From Actinomycetota bacterium (GTDB lineage Bacteria > Actinomycetota > Acidimicrobiia > IMCC26256 > PALSA-555), in the NCBI GenBank assembly GCA_003140175.1, contig PLJD01000015.1, forward strand, positions 9,963 to 73,962: a DNA stretch of 64,000 nt. Reading direction: 5' to 3'. This document shows, in pieces, positions 43,857-53,416 of this stretch (positions are counted from its first letter, which is position 1; the number at the start of each line of letters is the position of its first letter). The position numbers and the translations under genes are program-made. The notes beneath the pieces were generated by a model. The model was not told where the DNA came from. It ran no database searches and worked only from the letters and a program-made list of their open reading frames with translations.

Positions 43857-44369
43857 ATGGTGTCGAGCGACCATGCGCTGCTCGCCCTGCTCGACGCCGG
43901 GTGCTGGGCGGTGTGGAGCACGATCTGCGGCTACGTCGCCCACCGGTTGCCGTCCTCGGTGCTCGCCCGTCCCCCCTGGCCCTCACCCGGGCGGGTGGAG
44001 CGCTTCGAGACCCGGCTCCGCATCCAGGCGTGGAAGGACACCCTCCCCGAGGCGGGGGCGCTGTTCCGGGGCGGCTTCTCGAAGCGCCACCTCCAAGCCC
44101 GCGACCGGGCCTCCCTGGAGCGCTTCGCGATCGAGACCCGCCGCGCCGAAATCGCCCACTGGTCGATCCTGGCGCTCGGACCGGCCTTCTTCGTCTGGAA
44201 CCCGTGGTGGCTGGCCCTCGCGATGCTGGTCTACGCCGGGGTGGCGAACGTCCCCTGCATCGCCGTCCAGCGCTACAACCGGGCCCGCCTCGCAGCGCTG
44301 CTGGGCCGCCGGGCGGCCCCGCCGGCCTCGCACCGGGAGGAACATGAGCAGCCGATCATCGAGCCTTGA
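43857..44369 (+). CDS. small membrane acyltransferase resembling glycosyl-4,4'-diaponeurosporenoate acyltransferase (CrtO family)
   Basis: 170 aa. WKDTLPEAG...FSKRHL...ETRRAEIAHW pattern and hydrophobic helices, as I remember for this family. 7-nt gap after the GT2. Confidence 0.6.
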   Translation: MVSSDHALLALLDAGCWAVWSTICGYVAHRLPSSVLARPPWPSPGRVERFETRLRIQAWKDTLPEAGALFRGGFSKRHLQARDRASLERFAIETRRAEIAHWSILALGPAFFVWNPWWLALAMLVYAGVANVPCIAVQRYNRARLAALLGRRAAPPASHREEHEQPIIEP

Positions 44370-44379
44370 CCGTTTGCTC

Positions 44380-44832
44380 ATGCCCGACGGGCACCGTGGT
44401 CCGTATCGTGTCCGCGTGACGGAGGAGAGTCCCCTGAGCACTGCCCGGCGGCCGCGTCGTCTCGTGCGCGGCGTAGCCCCCGTGATCGTCGTCGTTGCCC
44501 TCCTCGCGGGCAGCGTCGCGCTCGCCGGCCCGGCCGGCGCGCAGGCGCCGGACCCGGCTCGGCCGGCGAGCAGCGCGATCTGCGCCCGGGCTCAACGCCA
44601 GTGGGCGCGCCTGGTGAGCGCCAACGCCAAGACCAAGACCGCGTTCGCGAGGGCCCAATCGCTCCAGAACCGTCTGATCCGAGCGGGCCGGGTCCGGCTC
44701 GCCCAGCGCCTCGACGCGCGCCTCACCTACCTGCGCTCGCTGCACACCGCCGACGTCGCCCGGGTCTCGGCGATCGCGGCCCGGATCCAGGGACGGTGCT
44801 TGGGGGGTCCCCCCGACCTCGTCGGTTTCTAG
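44380..44832 (+). CDS. hypothetical secreted/anchored helical protein
   Basis: In-frame ATG 44380 within ORF 42817..44832. Signal-like APVIVVVALLAGSVALAGPAGAQA, then an Ala/Arg-rich helical region with two Cys. Confidence 0.45.
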   Translation: MPDGHRGPYRVRVTEESPLSTARRPRRLVRGVAPVIVVVALLAGSVALAGPAGAQAPDPARPASSAICARAQRQWARLVSANAKTKTAFARAQSLQNRLIRAGRVRLAQRLDARLTYLRSLHTADVARVSAIAARIQGRCLGGPPDLVGF

Positions 44833-45359
44833 GAGACGGGACTCGCGGCGGGGTACAGCTCGGGGACCATCGCCTCGAGCAGCGGCGGCGCGTCCGCCCG
44901 GCGCAGCGAGTCCGCGGCGGCCGCGTCGTCGGGTCCGAAGGCTCGGGTCGTGCAGCAGTACTCGACCGCGATGCCGTTGGGGTCGTCGAGATAGATCGAC
45001 GTGCACCAGCCGTGGTCGATCTGCAAGACGTCGTACCCACCGGCGCGCCACCGGTCACGGATCGCGGCGAGCTCGTCGAGGTCCCGGGCCGCGAAGGCCA
45101 GGTGGTTCGTCCAGCTCGGCAGACCCAGGCCGCGGCTGATCGAGGTCTCGAACCGGTCCGGCACCGCCGGGTTGTCGTGGATGTCCCAGACCGCCAGGCA
45201 CTCGCCGTTGCCCGTGTCGTAGAACAGGTGGCGGGCCCAGCCGCCTTCGACGGCCGGGGCCGCCTCGACCCGCACCAGCTCGAAGCCCATCACGTCGGTG
45301 TAGAAGCGATGCGTCGCCTCGGGGTCCCGGGTCGTGATCGCCACGTGGTGAAAGCCCAT
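44829..45359 (-). CDS. VOC-family (glyoxalase/bleomycin-resistance/dioxygenase fold) protein
   Basis: MGFHHVAITTRDPEATHRFYTDVMGF N-terminus (ATG 45359). Confidence 0.8.
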   Translation of the reverse strand: MGFHHVAITTRDPEATHRFYTDVMGFELVRVEAAPAVEGGWARHLFYDTGNGECLAVWDIHDNPAVPDRFETSISRGLGLPSWTNHLAFAARDLDELAAIRDRWRAGGYDVLQIDHGWCTSIYLDDPNGIAVEYCCTTRAFGPDDAAAADSLRRADAPPLLEAMVPELYPAASPVS

Positions 45360-45542
45360 GGCTGCTCCTCGGCGCCGCGGTTCTGAGGCCGCCATTCGTC
45401 GATCTCTGGCCCCATGAGGCTAGGGCCTGGGGCCCTCACCCGCCCGGAAGCCTTGACATGGCTCGGTCGACCCTCCATCATCATGACCCCCATTGACCAC
45501 AACTCCCTCAGCGGCCACGGGGCGGGCCGAAGGAGGCTCCCT

Positions 45543-46193
45543 GTGCAAACCGAGCCGGCCCGCGTCGAGGGCGAGACCCTCGAGGTCTCACCCGAGGAGC
45601 TGCTGTCCAGCGCCATCCCCATCGCCAAGCGGGGCTACGAGCCCGACGTCATCGACGCGCTCCTCGAGCGGGCGGCGTGGACCATCGACCGCCTCCGAGC
45701 CTTCGACGCGCCGGAGCTGGAGCGCCAGCGTCGGGGACAGGCCCAGGTCCTCCAACGGACGCTGATGATGGCGCAGGTCACCGCGGATCGCACCGTCGCC
45801 GACGCGCAGGCCCACGCCCGGTCGCTGCTCGACGACGCCGAACGGCGCGCCCAGCAACTCATGGCCGACGCCGAGAAGTTGGCGGCGCACCTGGTGGAGA
45901 GCGAGGCCGCCCGGGCCCAGCTCACCGTCGGCGAGGCCCTCAACCGCCGGGAGGCAATCGAGCACGACATCCGCACCCTGGAGGAATTCGTCGCCACGGC
46001 CCGGGGCCGCCTCCGCGAGGCGCTCGACACCGAGACGAGCACCCTCGAGCGGCTCCTCGCGCAGGCTCTGACCGATCGCCCGGCGCGCCATGAGATCGAT
46101 CTCACCGACCCCCACCTCGACGCCGCCCAGCTCGAGGAGGGATCGCTGCACTGGAGCGACGCGACCACGCCGATCGAGGCCCGACTCGTCTAG
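45543..46193 (+). CDS. DivIVA-domain coiled-coil protein
   Basis: PIAKRGYEPDVIDALLERAA (DivIVA N-terminal signature) followed by a long Ala/Glu/Arg coiled coil. GTG 45543 is preceded by GAAGGAGG 6 nt upstream. The ORF opens at 45414. Confidence 0.7.
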   Translation: MQTEPARVEGETLEVSPEELLSSAIPIAKRGYEPDVIDALLERAAWTIDRLRAFDAPELERQRRGQAQVLQRTLMMAQVTADRTVADAQAHARSLLDDAERRAQQLMADAEKLAAHLVESEAARAQLTVGEALNRREAIEHDIRTLEEFVATARGRLREALDTETSTLERLLAQALTDRPARHEIDLTDPHLDAAQLEEGSLHWSDATTPIEARLV

Positions 46194-46222
46194 CCCGCCG
46201 CCCCGACGGCTGCGAGGCGCGA

Positions 46223-46825
46223 ATGCCTGAGCTGCGCGAGTCCGACCTGGTGGCCGAGCCGGTCGACCAGTTCCGCCGCTGGTTCGCCGACGCGCAGGCG
46301 GCCGGTGTGGCGGACCCCGACGCGATGGTCGTCGCGACGGTCGATACGACGGGCGCGCCGAACGCCCGGGTGGTGCTGCTGCGCGGCGTCGACGCCGCCG
46401 GCTTCCGCTTCTACACCAACTACGACAGCGCCAAGGGCCGGGACCTGGCCGCCAACCCGCGCGCCGCGCTCGTGTTCCACTGGCGCGAGCAGGGCCGCCA
46501 GGTGCGCGCGACCGGGGCCGTGCGGCGCCTGGACGCCGACGAATCGGTCGGATACTGGCGCAACCGTCCCCGCGCCAGCCGCGTGAGCGCCTGGGCCTCG
46601 GCGCAGAGCGAGCCGATCGCCGACCGAGCCGCCCTGGAGTCCGCCGCCGCCGAGGTCGCCGCCCGATTCGGTGACGGCGACGTGCCCCGGCCGCCGTTCT
46701 GGGGCGGGTACCTCGTCACGCCCGACGCGCTCGAGTTCTGGCAGCACCGCGACGACCGACTCCACGACCGGCTCCGGTATCGACGCCTCGCGGACCGCTG
46801 GGTCCTCGAGCGTCTCCAACCCTGA
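46223..46825 (+). CDS. pdxH: pyridoxamine 5'-phosphate oxidase
   Basis: RVVLLRGVDAAGFRFYTNYDSAKG, FWGGY, and C-terminal ERLQP. Confidence 0.9.
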   Translation: MPELRESDLVAEPVDQFRRWFADAQAAGVADPDAMVVATVDTTGAPNARVVLLRGVDAAGFRFYTNYDSAKGRDLAANPRAALVFHWREQGRQVRATGAVRRLDADESVGYWRNRPRASRVSAWASAQSEPIADRAALESAAAEVAARFGDGDVPRPPFWGGYLVTPDALEFWQHRDDRLHDRLRYRRLADRWVLERLQP

Positions 46826-46858
46826 CCCACCGTGGACTGGCGGGCGACGAGACGCCCC

Positions 46859-47755
46859 TCACCGCCTCGGGAGCGCGGGGACCTCGACGTCGACCTGGCG
46901 GTCGCCGTACTGGCGCTCGTCGCCGCGTGCTTCGACGAGCGCCACGTAGACGACCAGCCGCCCGAAGACGAGCAGCCAGGCGAGGAGCGCGAACACGACC
47001 CCGATCGTCCCGTACACCTGCGAGGAGCGGGCCACGAGATGGGGTACCGCGTACGCGCCGACCACCTTCAGCACCTCGAGGGCCACGGCACCGAGCAGCG
47101 CGGCTGGCACCACGACCCGGACCGGCACCCGACGGTTGGGCAGGATCCACGACGTCCAGACCAACAAGGCGGCGTTGGTCGCCACCGACACGACGACGAC
47201 CAGCGGCGCGAAGACACCCGGGAGGACACTCCAGGCCGCGGTGGCAAAACCGCCCGCCGCGATCGCCACGCTCGCCCCGGCCAGCCACGCCACGCCGACC
47301 GCCCGGTCCACCAGCCCGCGGCGATCGACGTGCCACGCCGCGTTGTACGCGTCGGCGATCACGATGGCGAGACTGGTGCCGGTCCACGCCAGACCGACCA
47401 GCCCCACGACGGTCGCGACGTCGCGCCGGCGCCGCGCCGTGTCGACCGCTTCGTGCACCGTGCGGGCCGCCTGGCCGGTGAGGCCGAGCTGGCGGGTCAG
47501 GGTCTGGGCCACGTTGGCGTTGCCGGCGGAGACGAACCCCAGCACCGCGATGGCGAGGACCGCGACCGCGAACAGGGCAAGGAACCCATACAGCGAGATC
47601 GCGGCGGCCAGCGCCGAACCGCGAGCCTCGACGTAGCGACGCTGGATGTCCGCGCCGGTTCGAACGCCGGGCACCCGGTCCAGCTGCGCTCGGATCCGGT
47701 CACGGAGGCGGCTCCCCGGTGCCGCATCGGTGGCGCGGCGCGGCCAGATCTTCAT
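46859..47755 (-). CDS. YihY/BrkB-family membrane protein
   Basis: Starts at MKIWPRRATD (ATG 47755). RRYVEARGSALAAAISLYGFLALFA and six hydrophobic helices. Confidence 0.78.
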   Translation of the reverse strand: MKIWPRRATDAAPGSRLRDRIRAQLDRVPGVRTGADIQRRYVEARGSALAAAISLYGFLALFAVAVLAIAVLGFVSAGNANVAQTLTRQLGLTGQAARTVHEAVDTARRRRDVATVVGLVGLAWTGTSLAIVIADAYNAAWHVDRRGLVDRAVGVAWLAGASVAIAAGGFATAAWSVLPGVFAPLVVVVSVATNAALLVWTSWILPNRRVPVRVVVPAALLGAVALEVLKVVGAYAVPHLVARSSQVYGTIGVVFALLAWLLVFGRLVVYVALVEARGDERQYGDRQVDVEVPALPRR

Positions 47756-47859
47756 CGGCTTCCGTCGCCGGACCTCGCCCGACGCTGGGCGAGGCCCCGC
47801 ATGGTGGGCGATCGTAGGGGTCGACGCGGCGCGACCCGCCGGGGGAGGATCGCGCCGCG

Positions 47860-48510
47860 ATGAGCGCGGCGACGGTGGCGTGGTTCGCGGTGGCGGGTGG
47901 GTTCGCGGTGGGGGACTGGTGGGCCGTGGGCCGGGACCGGCGACTCCTGGAGTACGTCTGCAAGCCGGGAGCGACGGCGGCACTCCTCGGGGCCGCCGCC
48001 ACCCTGCCCGGGGCCCCCGGGGCGACCCAGACCTGGTTCCTCGTCGCCCTCGCCCTGTGCCTCGCCGGCGACGTGTTCTTGATGCTGCCCGAGAACGCCG
48101 CCGGCCACGACGGGTTCGTGCCGGGCCTCGCCTCCTTCCTGCTCGCCCACGTCGCGTTCACGCTCGGCTTCTTGGCGCGGGGCGTCACCGGCGGCGGCGT
48201 CGCCCTCGGAGCCGCCCTCGTGCTGGTGGTGGCCAGCCCGCTGGCCGTCCGCTTCGTGCGCGCCTTGCGTCGGAGCGCGCGCCGCGAGCTCGTGGGGCCG
48301 GTGCTCGCCTACCTGGTCGCCATCGGGGCCACCGCCGCGACCGCGGTCGGCGCGGGCGACGGCTGGGGGATCGCCGGCGCCTGGCTCTTCGTCGCCTCCG
48401 ACGCGCTCATCGCCGAGACCCGCTTCGTCGGCACCCGCCGCGGCGCGCCGGTCGCGATCATGGTCACCTACTACCTGGCGTTGGCGGGGCTCGTCGCGTC
48501 GCTGCACTGA
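47860..48510 (+). CDS. YhhN-family (lysoplasmalogenase-like) membrane protein
   Basis: CLAGDVFLM and FVASDALI blocks. Eight hydrophobic segments. Confidence 0.72.
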   Translation: MSAATVAWFAVAGGFAVGDWWAVGRDRRLLEYVCKPGATAALLGAAATLPGAPGATQTWFLVALALCLAGDVFLMLPENAAGHDGFVPGLASFLLAHVAFTLGFLARGVTGGGVALGAALVLVVASPLAVRFVRALRRSARRELVGPVLAYLVAIGATAATAVGAGDGWGIAGAWLFVASDALIAETRFVGTRRGAPVAIMVTYYLALAGLVASLH

Positions 48511-48562
48511 CCCAGACGCGACCAGGCGAGCCGACCCGCCGGCGGGTCCATCCGGCCCCCGC

Positions 48563-49207
48563 CTACAGGAGGAGCGGGGCGGGGGCGCGGTCGCGCTGAC
48601 GGGTGAGTGCCTGGCGGTGCTCGACGATCTGGTCCACCGTCACCAAGGCGATGCGGTGCTCGATCGCGAACGCGGTGAGGTCGGGGACGCGGGCCGGTGA
48701 GCCGTCGGTGGCCAGCACCTCGCAGATCACGGCCATCGGAGGGAGGCCGGCGAGCCGGGTCAGGTCCACCGACGCCTCGGTGTGGCCGCGGCGCTCGAGC
48801 GTGCCGCCGGCCCGGGCCCGCAGGGGGAACACGTGGCCGGGCCGCTTGAACTCGTGGGGTGCGGCGTCGGGGTCGACCGCGTGGCGGATGGTCAGCGCCC
48901 GATCCGCGGCGCCGATCCCGCTGCCCGCGTCGACGTGGTCGATCGACACGGTGAACGCGGTGTCGCACCCGGCCCGGTCGGGTGGCACCATCGGACCGAG
49001 GCCCAACTCGTCGAGGCGCTCCGGCGCGCACGGCATGCACACCAGGCCCCGCGCCCAGCGCAGCATGAAGTTCACGGCCTCGGCGCTGACCCAGCTCGCG
49101 GCCATGGTGAGGTCGCCCTCGTTCTCTCGGTCCTCGTCGTCAATGACGAGGACCATCTCGCCGCGACGGATCCGACGCAGCGCTTCCTCGATCGGTGTTA
49201 GCTCCAT
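48563..49207 (-). CDS. ribB: 3,4-dihydroxy-2-butanone-4-phosphate synthase (monofunctional)
   Basis: VIDDEDRENEGDL, RPGHVFPL and RRGHTEASVDL. 214 aa, with no GTP cyclohydrolase II domain. Confidence 0.9.
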   Translation of the reverse strand: MELTPIEEALRRIRRGEMVLVIDDEDRENEGDLTMAASWVSAEAVNFMLRWARGLVCMPCAPERLDELGLGPMVPPDRAGCDTAFTVSIDHVDAGSGIGAADRALTIRHAVDPDAAPHEFKRPGHVFPLRARAGGTLERRGHTEASVDLTRLAGLPPMAVICEVLATDGSPARVPDLTAFAIEHRIALVTVDQIVEHRQALTRQRDRAPAPLLL

Positions 49208-49214
49208 GTCGTCC

Positions 49215-50288
49215 TCACACTCGTGTCACTCGTTCGGGTAACTCGATGCCGGTCTCGGGCAACGTGACCACCATGCGGCAGCCCTTCGGGTCGCGCCGTT
49301 CCGAGTGGATATCGCCTCCGTGGAGGTCGACGATCCAGCGGGCGATGGCGAGCCCGAGGCCCGCGCCGCCTTCGCGCGATGAACGCGCCGGGTCCGTGCG
49401 GTAGAAGCGCTCGAAGACCCGCCCCCGATCCGCCTCGGGGATCCCCGGCCCCTCGTCGAGGACCTCGATCGTCACGCCCTGGGTGCCCCGCCGGGCCCGC
49501 ACCTCGACGGTGCCGCCCTGGGGCGTGAACCGCACCGCGTTCTCGAGCAGGTTGGCGACCACCTGGTGGACTCGCTCCGGGTCGCCGTCGGCGGTCAGGT
49601 TGGCCGGCTCCACCGTCACGGCCACGTCGATGGCCGGGGCTTGGAGTCGCTGCTCGCGGACCGCGTGCTCGAGGAGCGGCTCGACTGGGAAGGCGGCCCG
49701 CTCGAGTGGCACCACGCCCGCTTCGAGTTTCGAGAGGTCGAGGAGCTGCTGCACGAGGCGTCCCAACCGCTCGACCTGGGCCAGCATCGTCTCAAACGTC
49801 GCCCGGTCGGGTGCCTCGACACCGTCGACCAGGTTCTCGAGCTTGGCTTGCAACGCGGTGATCGGCGTCCGCAGCTCATGCGACACGTTGGCCACGAGGT
49901 CGCGCCGCACCCGGTCCGTCGCCGCGAGCTCGGCGGCCATCTCGTTGAACGTGCGGGCGAGCGCCCCGACCTCGTCGTGGGACGTCGCGGTCACCCGGCG
50001 GCTGTAGTCGCCCTGGGCCATGGCGCCCGCCGCGGCGGCCATCTCGCGCAACGGCGACGTCATGCCGCGAGAGAGGAACCAGACGAACACCATCGCCACG
50101 ACCCCCGCCAAGATCCCGCTGCCCGACGGCCAGATCCCGACTTTGAGGCCGAGCCAGAACACGAACACGGTCGCCGCCACCGCGGCCGCGATGACGAAGC
50201 CGAGCTTGAGCTTGATCGACGGGAACGCGTTGAGGGGGCGCCGGACGTCGAGGTCCCTGACGTCGATGGGCAAGTGGTGGCGGTTCAC
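49215..50288 (-). CDS. sensor histidine kinase (2 TM, HAMP, HisKA, HATPase)
   Basis: H-box SHELRTPIT, N-box NLLENAVRF, DEGPGIP, GGAGLGLAIA. GTG 50288 overlaps the regulator stop (GTGA). Confidence 0.85.
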   Translation of the reverse strand: MNRHHLPIDVRDLDVRRPLNAFPSIKLKLGFVIAAAVAATVFVFWLGLKVGIWPSGSGILAGVVAMVFVWFLSRGMTSPLREMAAAAGAMAQGDYSRRVTATSHDEVGALARTFNEMAAELAATDRVRRDLVANVSHELRTPITALQAKLENLVDGVEAPDRATFETMLAQVERLGRLVQQLLDLSKLEAGVVPLERAAFPVEPLLEHAVREQRLQAPAIDVAVTVEPANLTADGDPERVHQVVANLLENAVRFTPQGGTVEVRARRGTQGVTIEVLDEGPGIPEADRGRVFERFYRTDPARSSREGGAGLGLAIARWIVDLHGGDIHSERRDPKGCRMVVTLPETGIELPERVTRV

Positions 50289-51007
50289 GCCGGCTCGGCT
50301 CCCGGGCCGGCTCCGTACCCGACCCCATGCACGGTACGCACGACGTCGGCGCCCAGCTTGTGGCGCAACGCCCGCACGTGCGAGTCGACGGTGCGGGCGC
50401 CGCTCCCGTCCCGGTAGCCCCACACCTCGCCGAGGAGCTGCGGGCGGGAGAAGACCCGGTCAGGCCGGCGGGCGAGGAACGCGAACAGCTCGAACTCGGT
50501 GGGCGTGAGATGCACCGCTTCACCGTCGCGGCGGACCCGCCGGCTCTCGACGTCGACCTCGATCGAGCCGAGACGCAGCGGGGAGGTCGTGGACCGCGCC
50601 GCGGCCCGGTCCACCCGCCGCAGGAGGGCGTGAACCCGGGCGGTCAGCTCACGGGCGCTGAACGGCTTCGGGAGGTAGTCGTCGGCGCCGACCGCCAACC
50701 CGACCACCAGGTCGGTCTCGGAGTCCCGAGCGGTGAGCATCAGCACCGGGACCGGCCGGTCGCGTTGGATCTGTCGGCACACCTCGAGGCCGTCCAGCCC
50801 CGGCAGCATGAGGTCCAACACGACGAGGTCGGGCTGGAGCTGCTCGCAGGCGGCCACCGCGGTGAGCCCGTCCCCGGCGATCTGCACGGCGAACCCCTCG
50901 CTGCGCAGTCGAGCCGCCACCGCCTCGGCGATCGGGGCTTCGTCCTCGACCACAAGCACCGTGCGGGTGGCGCTCGGCGCCTGGACCGTCAAGACGTCCG
51001 CCATCAC
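50285..51007 (-). CDS. OmpR/PhoB-family response regulator
   Basis: Receiver LVVEDE...DLVVLDLMLPGLDG...KPF and winged helix LTPTEFELFAFL. Confidence 0.9.
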   Translation of the reverse strand: MMADVLTVQAPSATRTVLVVEDEAPIAEAVAARLRSEGFAVQIAGDGLTAVAACEQLQPDLVVLDLMLPGLDGLEVCRQIQRDRPVPVLMLTARDSETDLVVGLAVGADDYLPKPFSARELTARVHALLRRVDRAAARSTTSPLRLGSIEVDVESRRVRRDGEAVHLTPTEFELFAFLARRPDRVFSRPQLLGEVWGYRDGSGARTVDSHVRALRHKLGADVVRTVHGVGYGAGPGAEPA

Positions 51008-51118
51008 GGTCCATGCTAGGGATCACCTGTCGAGGAGTCCCGCCGGAGATGTGCGGATTTGGTGGAGATCGCCCCCGGGCGGGCGGTGCGGCCGGCGGGC
51101 CACCGAGGCGGCGGCGGG

Positions 51119-51844
51119 TCAGCGCGCGCCGGGGTGCGGTGCCTCCGCGAGGGCGTGGGGACGAATCGCGAGGAGGGTTCCGGCGCGCAGCTCGATCCGG
51201 GCACGATCCCCGACGAACTCGTTGCTGACGCCACGGCTCGTGCCGGCCTCCAGGTCTTCGTCGACCAGCGGGTAGCGCAGGCCTTCGGTCCGGATGCCCC
51301 GCGCGGTGCCCCCGAGCGCGACCAGGCTCAGCACCGACCCGGGCTCGCCCGCCAGCGCGGCCTCGTCGCGCACCACGACGACGTACGCGCCGCCGAGCCA
51401 GGCATCGATCCGTGCCGCGGCCCAGCGGGGCGACGCGAGCACCGTCACGTTGGCGAGGAGGTGGTCGAGGCGCCCGCCGTGTCCGCCCACGACGGTCACG
51501 GCCTCGGCGCCGCGGGTCAGCGCCGCGTCGAGGGCCAGCTCGAGATCGGTCTCGTCTTTCTCGGGGGGATGAGCCTCGACCCGGGTGCCCGACGCGCGGG
51601 CCGCCGCCAGTTGGTCGAGATCGACCGAGTCGAGGTCGCCGACCACCAGATCGACCCGCCGTCCGAGTGCGACCGCCTGCGCCAGGCCCGAGTCGGCGGC
51701 GATCACGAAGGCACCGGCGGCGAGTCGCGCCGCGACCGCCAGTGGCACCGGATCGCCGCCGGCGAAGACGAGCGCGGCCTCGACGCTGATGTCGCTCCCT
51801 TCGCCGGCGCGTCGACCGGCGGGCGTCCCGATTCTCGAGCGCAC
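51119..51844 (-). CDS. thiamine pyrophosphokinase
   Basis: GDLDS, EKDETDLELAL and TEGLRYPL blocks. The start is uncertain (the ORF N-terminus is Arg/Gly-rich; it may start near VEAALVFAGGD). Confidence 0.7.
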   Translation of the reverse strand: MRSRIGTPAGRRAGEGSDISVEAALVFAGGDPVPLAVAARLAAGAFVIAADSGLAQAVALGRRVDLVVGDLDSVDLDQLAAARASGTRVEAHPPEKDETDLELALDAALTRGAEAVTVVGGHGGRLDHLLANVTVLASPRWAAARIDAWLGGAYVVVVRDEAALAGEPGSVLSLVALGGTARGIRTEGLRYPLVDEDLEAGTSRGVSNEFVGDRARIELRAGTLLAIRPHALAEAPHPGAR

Positions 51845-51916
51845 GCCCCGGCGACCCGCGAGCCGCGCAGCGTATCGCCGGTCGGGTCGCGTCGGCGCGG
51901 GGCGACCCGACCGGCG

Positions 51917-53416
51917 CTACGAGTCCTGGCTCGGGAGGTGCTGCACCGTGGGTGGCGTCGCCCGGTCGGAGCACTCTCGGGTGACCAGTCCGCTCGAGAG
52001 GCCTGCGATCGGCAGGGTCGGGACGGAGCGCCGCGGGTGTCCGAACGTGAGCGTGCTGGTGAGATCGCCGACGGTCTGGCGTCGCCAGGCCGAGAGGTTG
52101 GGGACCTCGACCCCGAAGCGGGTCTCGATGAACCGCAGCAGCGAGGTGTGGTCGAAGGTCTCCGAGTTGATGCGACCGCCCCGGCTGAACGGCGAGAGCA
52201 CCAGCAGCGGGACGCGGAACCCGAGGCCGATCGGGCCGGGGATGCCGGCCGCTTCGGCGGGGAGCGGATCGGTGGTGAGGAACTCGCCCGGTGTTCCCGG
52301 CGGCGCGACGGGAGGCGAGACGTGGTCGAAGAACCCGCCGTTCTCGTCCCAGGTGACGAACAGCACGGTGTTGGCCCACACCTTCGGGTTGCTGGCCAGC
52401 GTCTCGAGGACGTGCCCGGTGACGCGGGCGCCCGTGTTCGACGGGGCCGGGGGGTGCTCGTCCTGATACGGGGGTGCGAGCACCCAGGTGACCTCGGGCA
52501 GCGTGCCGGCCTTCACGTCCGCGGCGAAGCCGGCGGGGTAGGTCGGGTCGAAGGCGTTGTGGTACAGGGAGGTGCTCGGATCCGAGTACTGGTGGTACCG
52601 CACGAGGATGTTGTTGGTGAGGACCGTCGAGGCCAGGCTGGCGGGCGCCTGGTAGATCTTCCACGACACGCCTTGCGCCTGGAGCCGCTCGGGCATCGTC
52701 GTCCACGAATACGCGGCCGCGTTGGTGACGACGGTGGACGGCGGGATCGCGGCCACGTTGACGGCGTTCGTGACCACGGGCCCGCCGGCCATGCCGGCCG
52801 GGTCGATCGTGGCGGACATCGAGTAGTGGCGGTTCGGGTCGCTCGGCCCAAAGACCGGCGCGTGGTAGTTGTCGCAGAGCGTGAACGCGTCGGCGAGCGC
52901 GTAGTAGAGCGGGAGATCGGCGCGCGTGTAGTAGCCCATGGTCTGGGGAGCCGCAATCGGCCCGTCCGCCTCCAGTGCCGTGTGGGCGATGACCCACCGG
53001 TCGTTGCTGCCGTGGTCCCACGAGTAGTGCTGCGTGGTCCACTCGTGCGAGGGGTTGTCGGTGCACGCGGCGTTCATGGTCTGGGTGTCGAGGTGCCAGG
53101 GGAGCAGCACCCCGGCGGGCGACGCGCTGCGCCGTCGCGGGTCGGCCTGGGCGAACACGCCCGGGCGGCCCCGGGGATGGTCGTTGAAGCCTCGGCCCTT
53201 GCGGTAGGCGCCGAAGTAATGGTCGTAGGAGCGGTTCTCCTGAATCAGGATCACGACGTGCTCGATCTGGCTGAGCGACGCCGACGTCGGTTGCGGAGCC
53301 ACCGTCGGGTCGGGACCGCCGAGCCCGCCCGCCGCGGCCAGCGGGCCGAACCACGGCCCGAGCGCGGCGCCGCCTCCGAGCAGCGCGGCGCGCTGGAGGA
53401 ACTCTCGACGCTCCAT
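51917..53416 (-). CDS. Tat-exported phospholipase C / phosphoesterase-family protein
   Basis: Twin-arginine signal MERREFLQRAALLGGGAAL (ATG 53416). Phosphoesterase block VVILIQENRSYDHYFG and DENGGFFDHV. Confidence 0.85.
   Translation of the reverse strand: MERREFLQRAALLGGGAALGPWFGPLAAAGGLGGPDPTVAPQPTSASLSQIEHVVILIQENRSYDHYFGAYRKGRGFNDHPRGRPGVFAQADPRRRSASPAGVLLPWHLDTQTMNAACTDNPSHEWTTQHYSWDHGSNDRWVIAHTALEADGPIAAPQTMGYYTRADLPLYYALADAFTLCDNYHAPVFGPSDPNRHYSMSATIDPAGMAGGPVVTNAVNVAAIPPSTVVTNAAAYSWTTMPERLQAQGVSWKIYQAPASLASTVLTNNILVRYHQYSDPSTSLYHNAFDPTYPAGFAADVKAGTLPEVTWVLAPPYQDEHPPAPSNTGARVTGHVLETLASNPKVWANTVLFVTWDENGGFFDHVSPPVAPPGTPGEFLTTDPLPAEAAGIPGPIGLGFRVPLLVLSPFSRGGRINSETFDHTSLLRFIETRFGVEVPNLSAWRRQTVGDLTSTLTFGHPRRSVPTLPIAGLSSGLVTRECSDRATPPTVQHLPSQDS

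Noticed and set aside
49208-49214. FMN (RFN) riboswitch upstream of ribB
   Set aside because: Only 7 nt separate the histidine kinase stop from the ribB start, so no space exists for a ~140-nt riboswitch.
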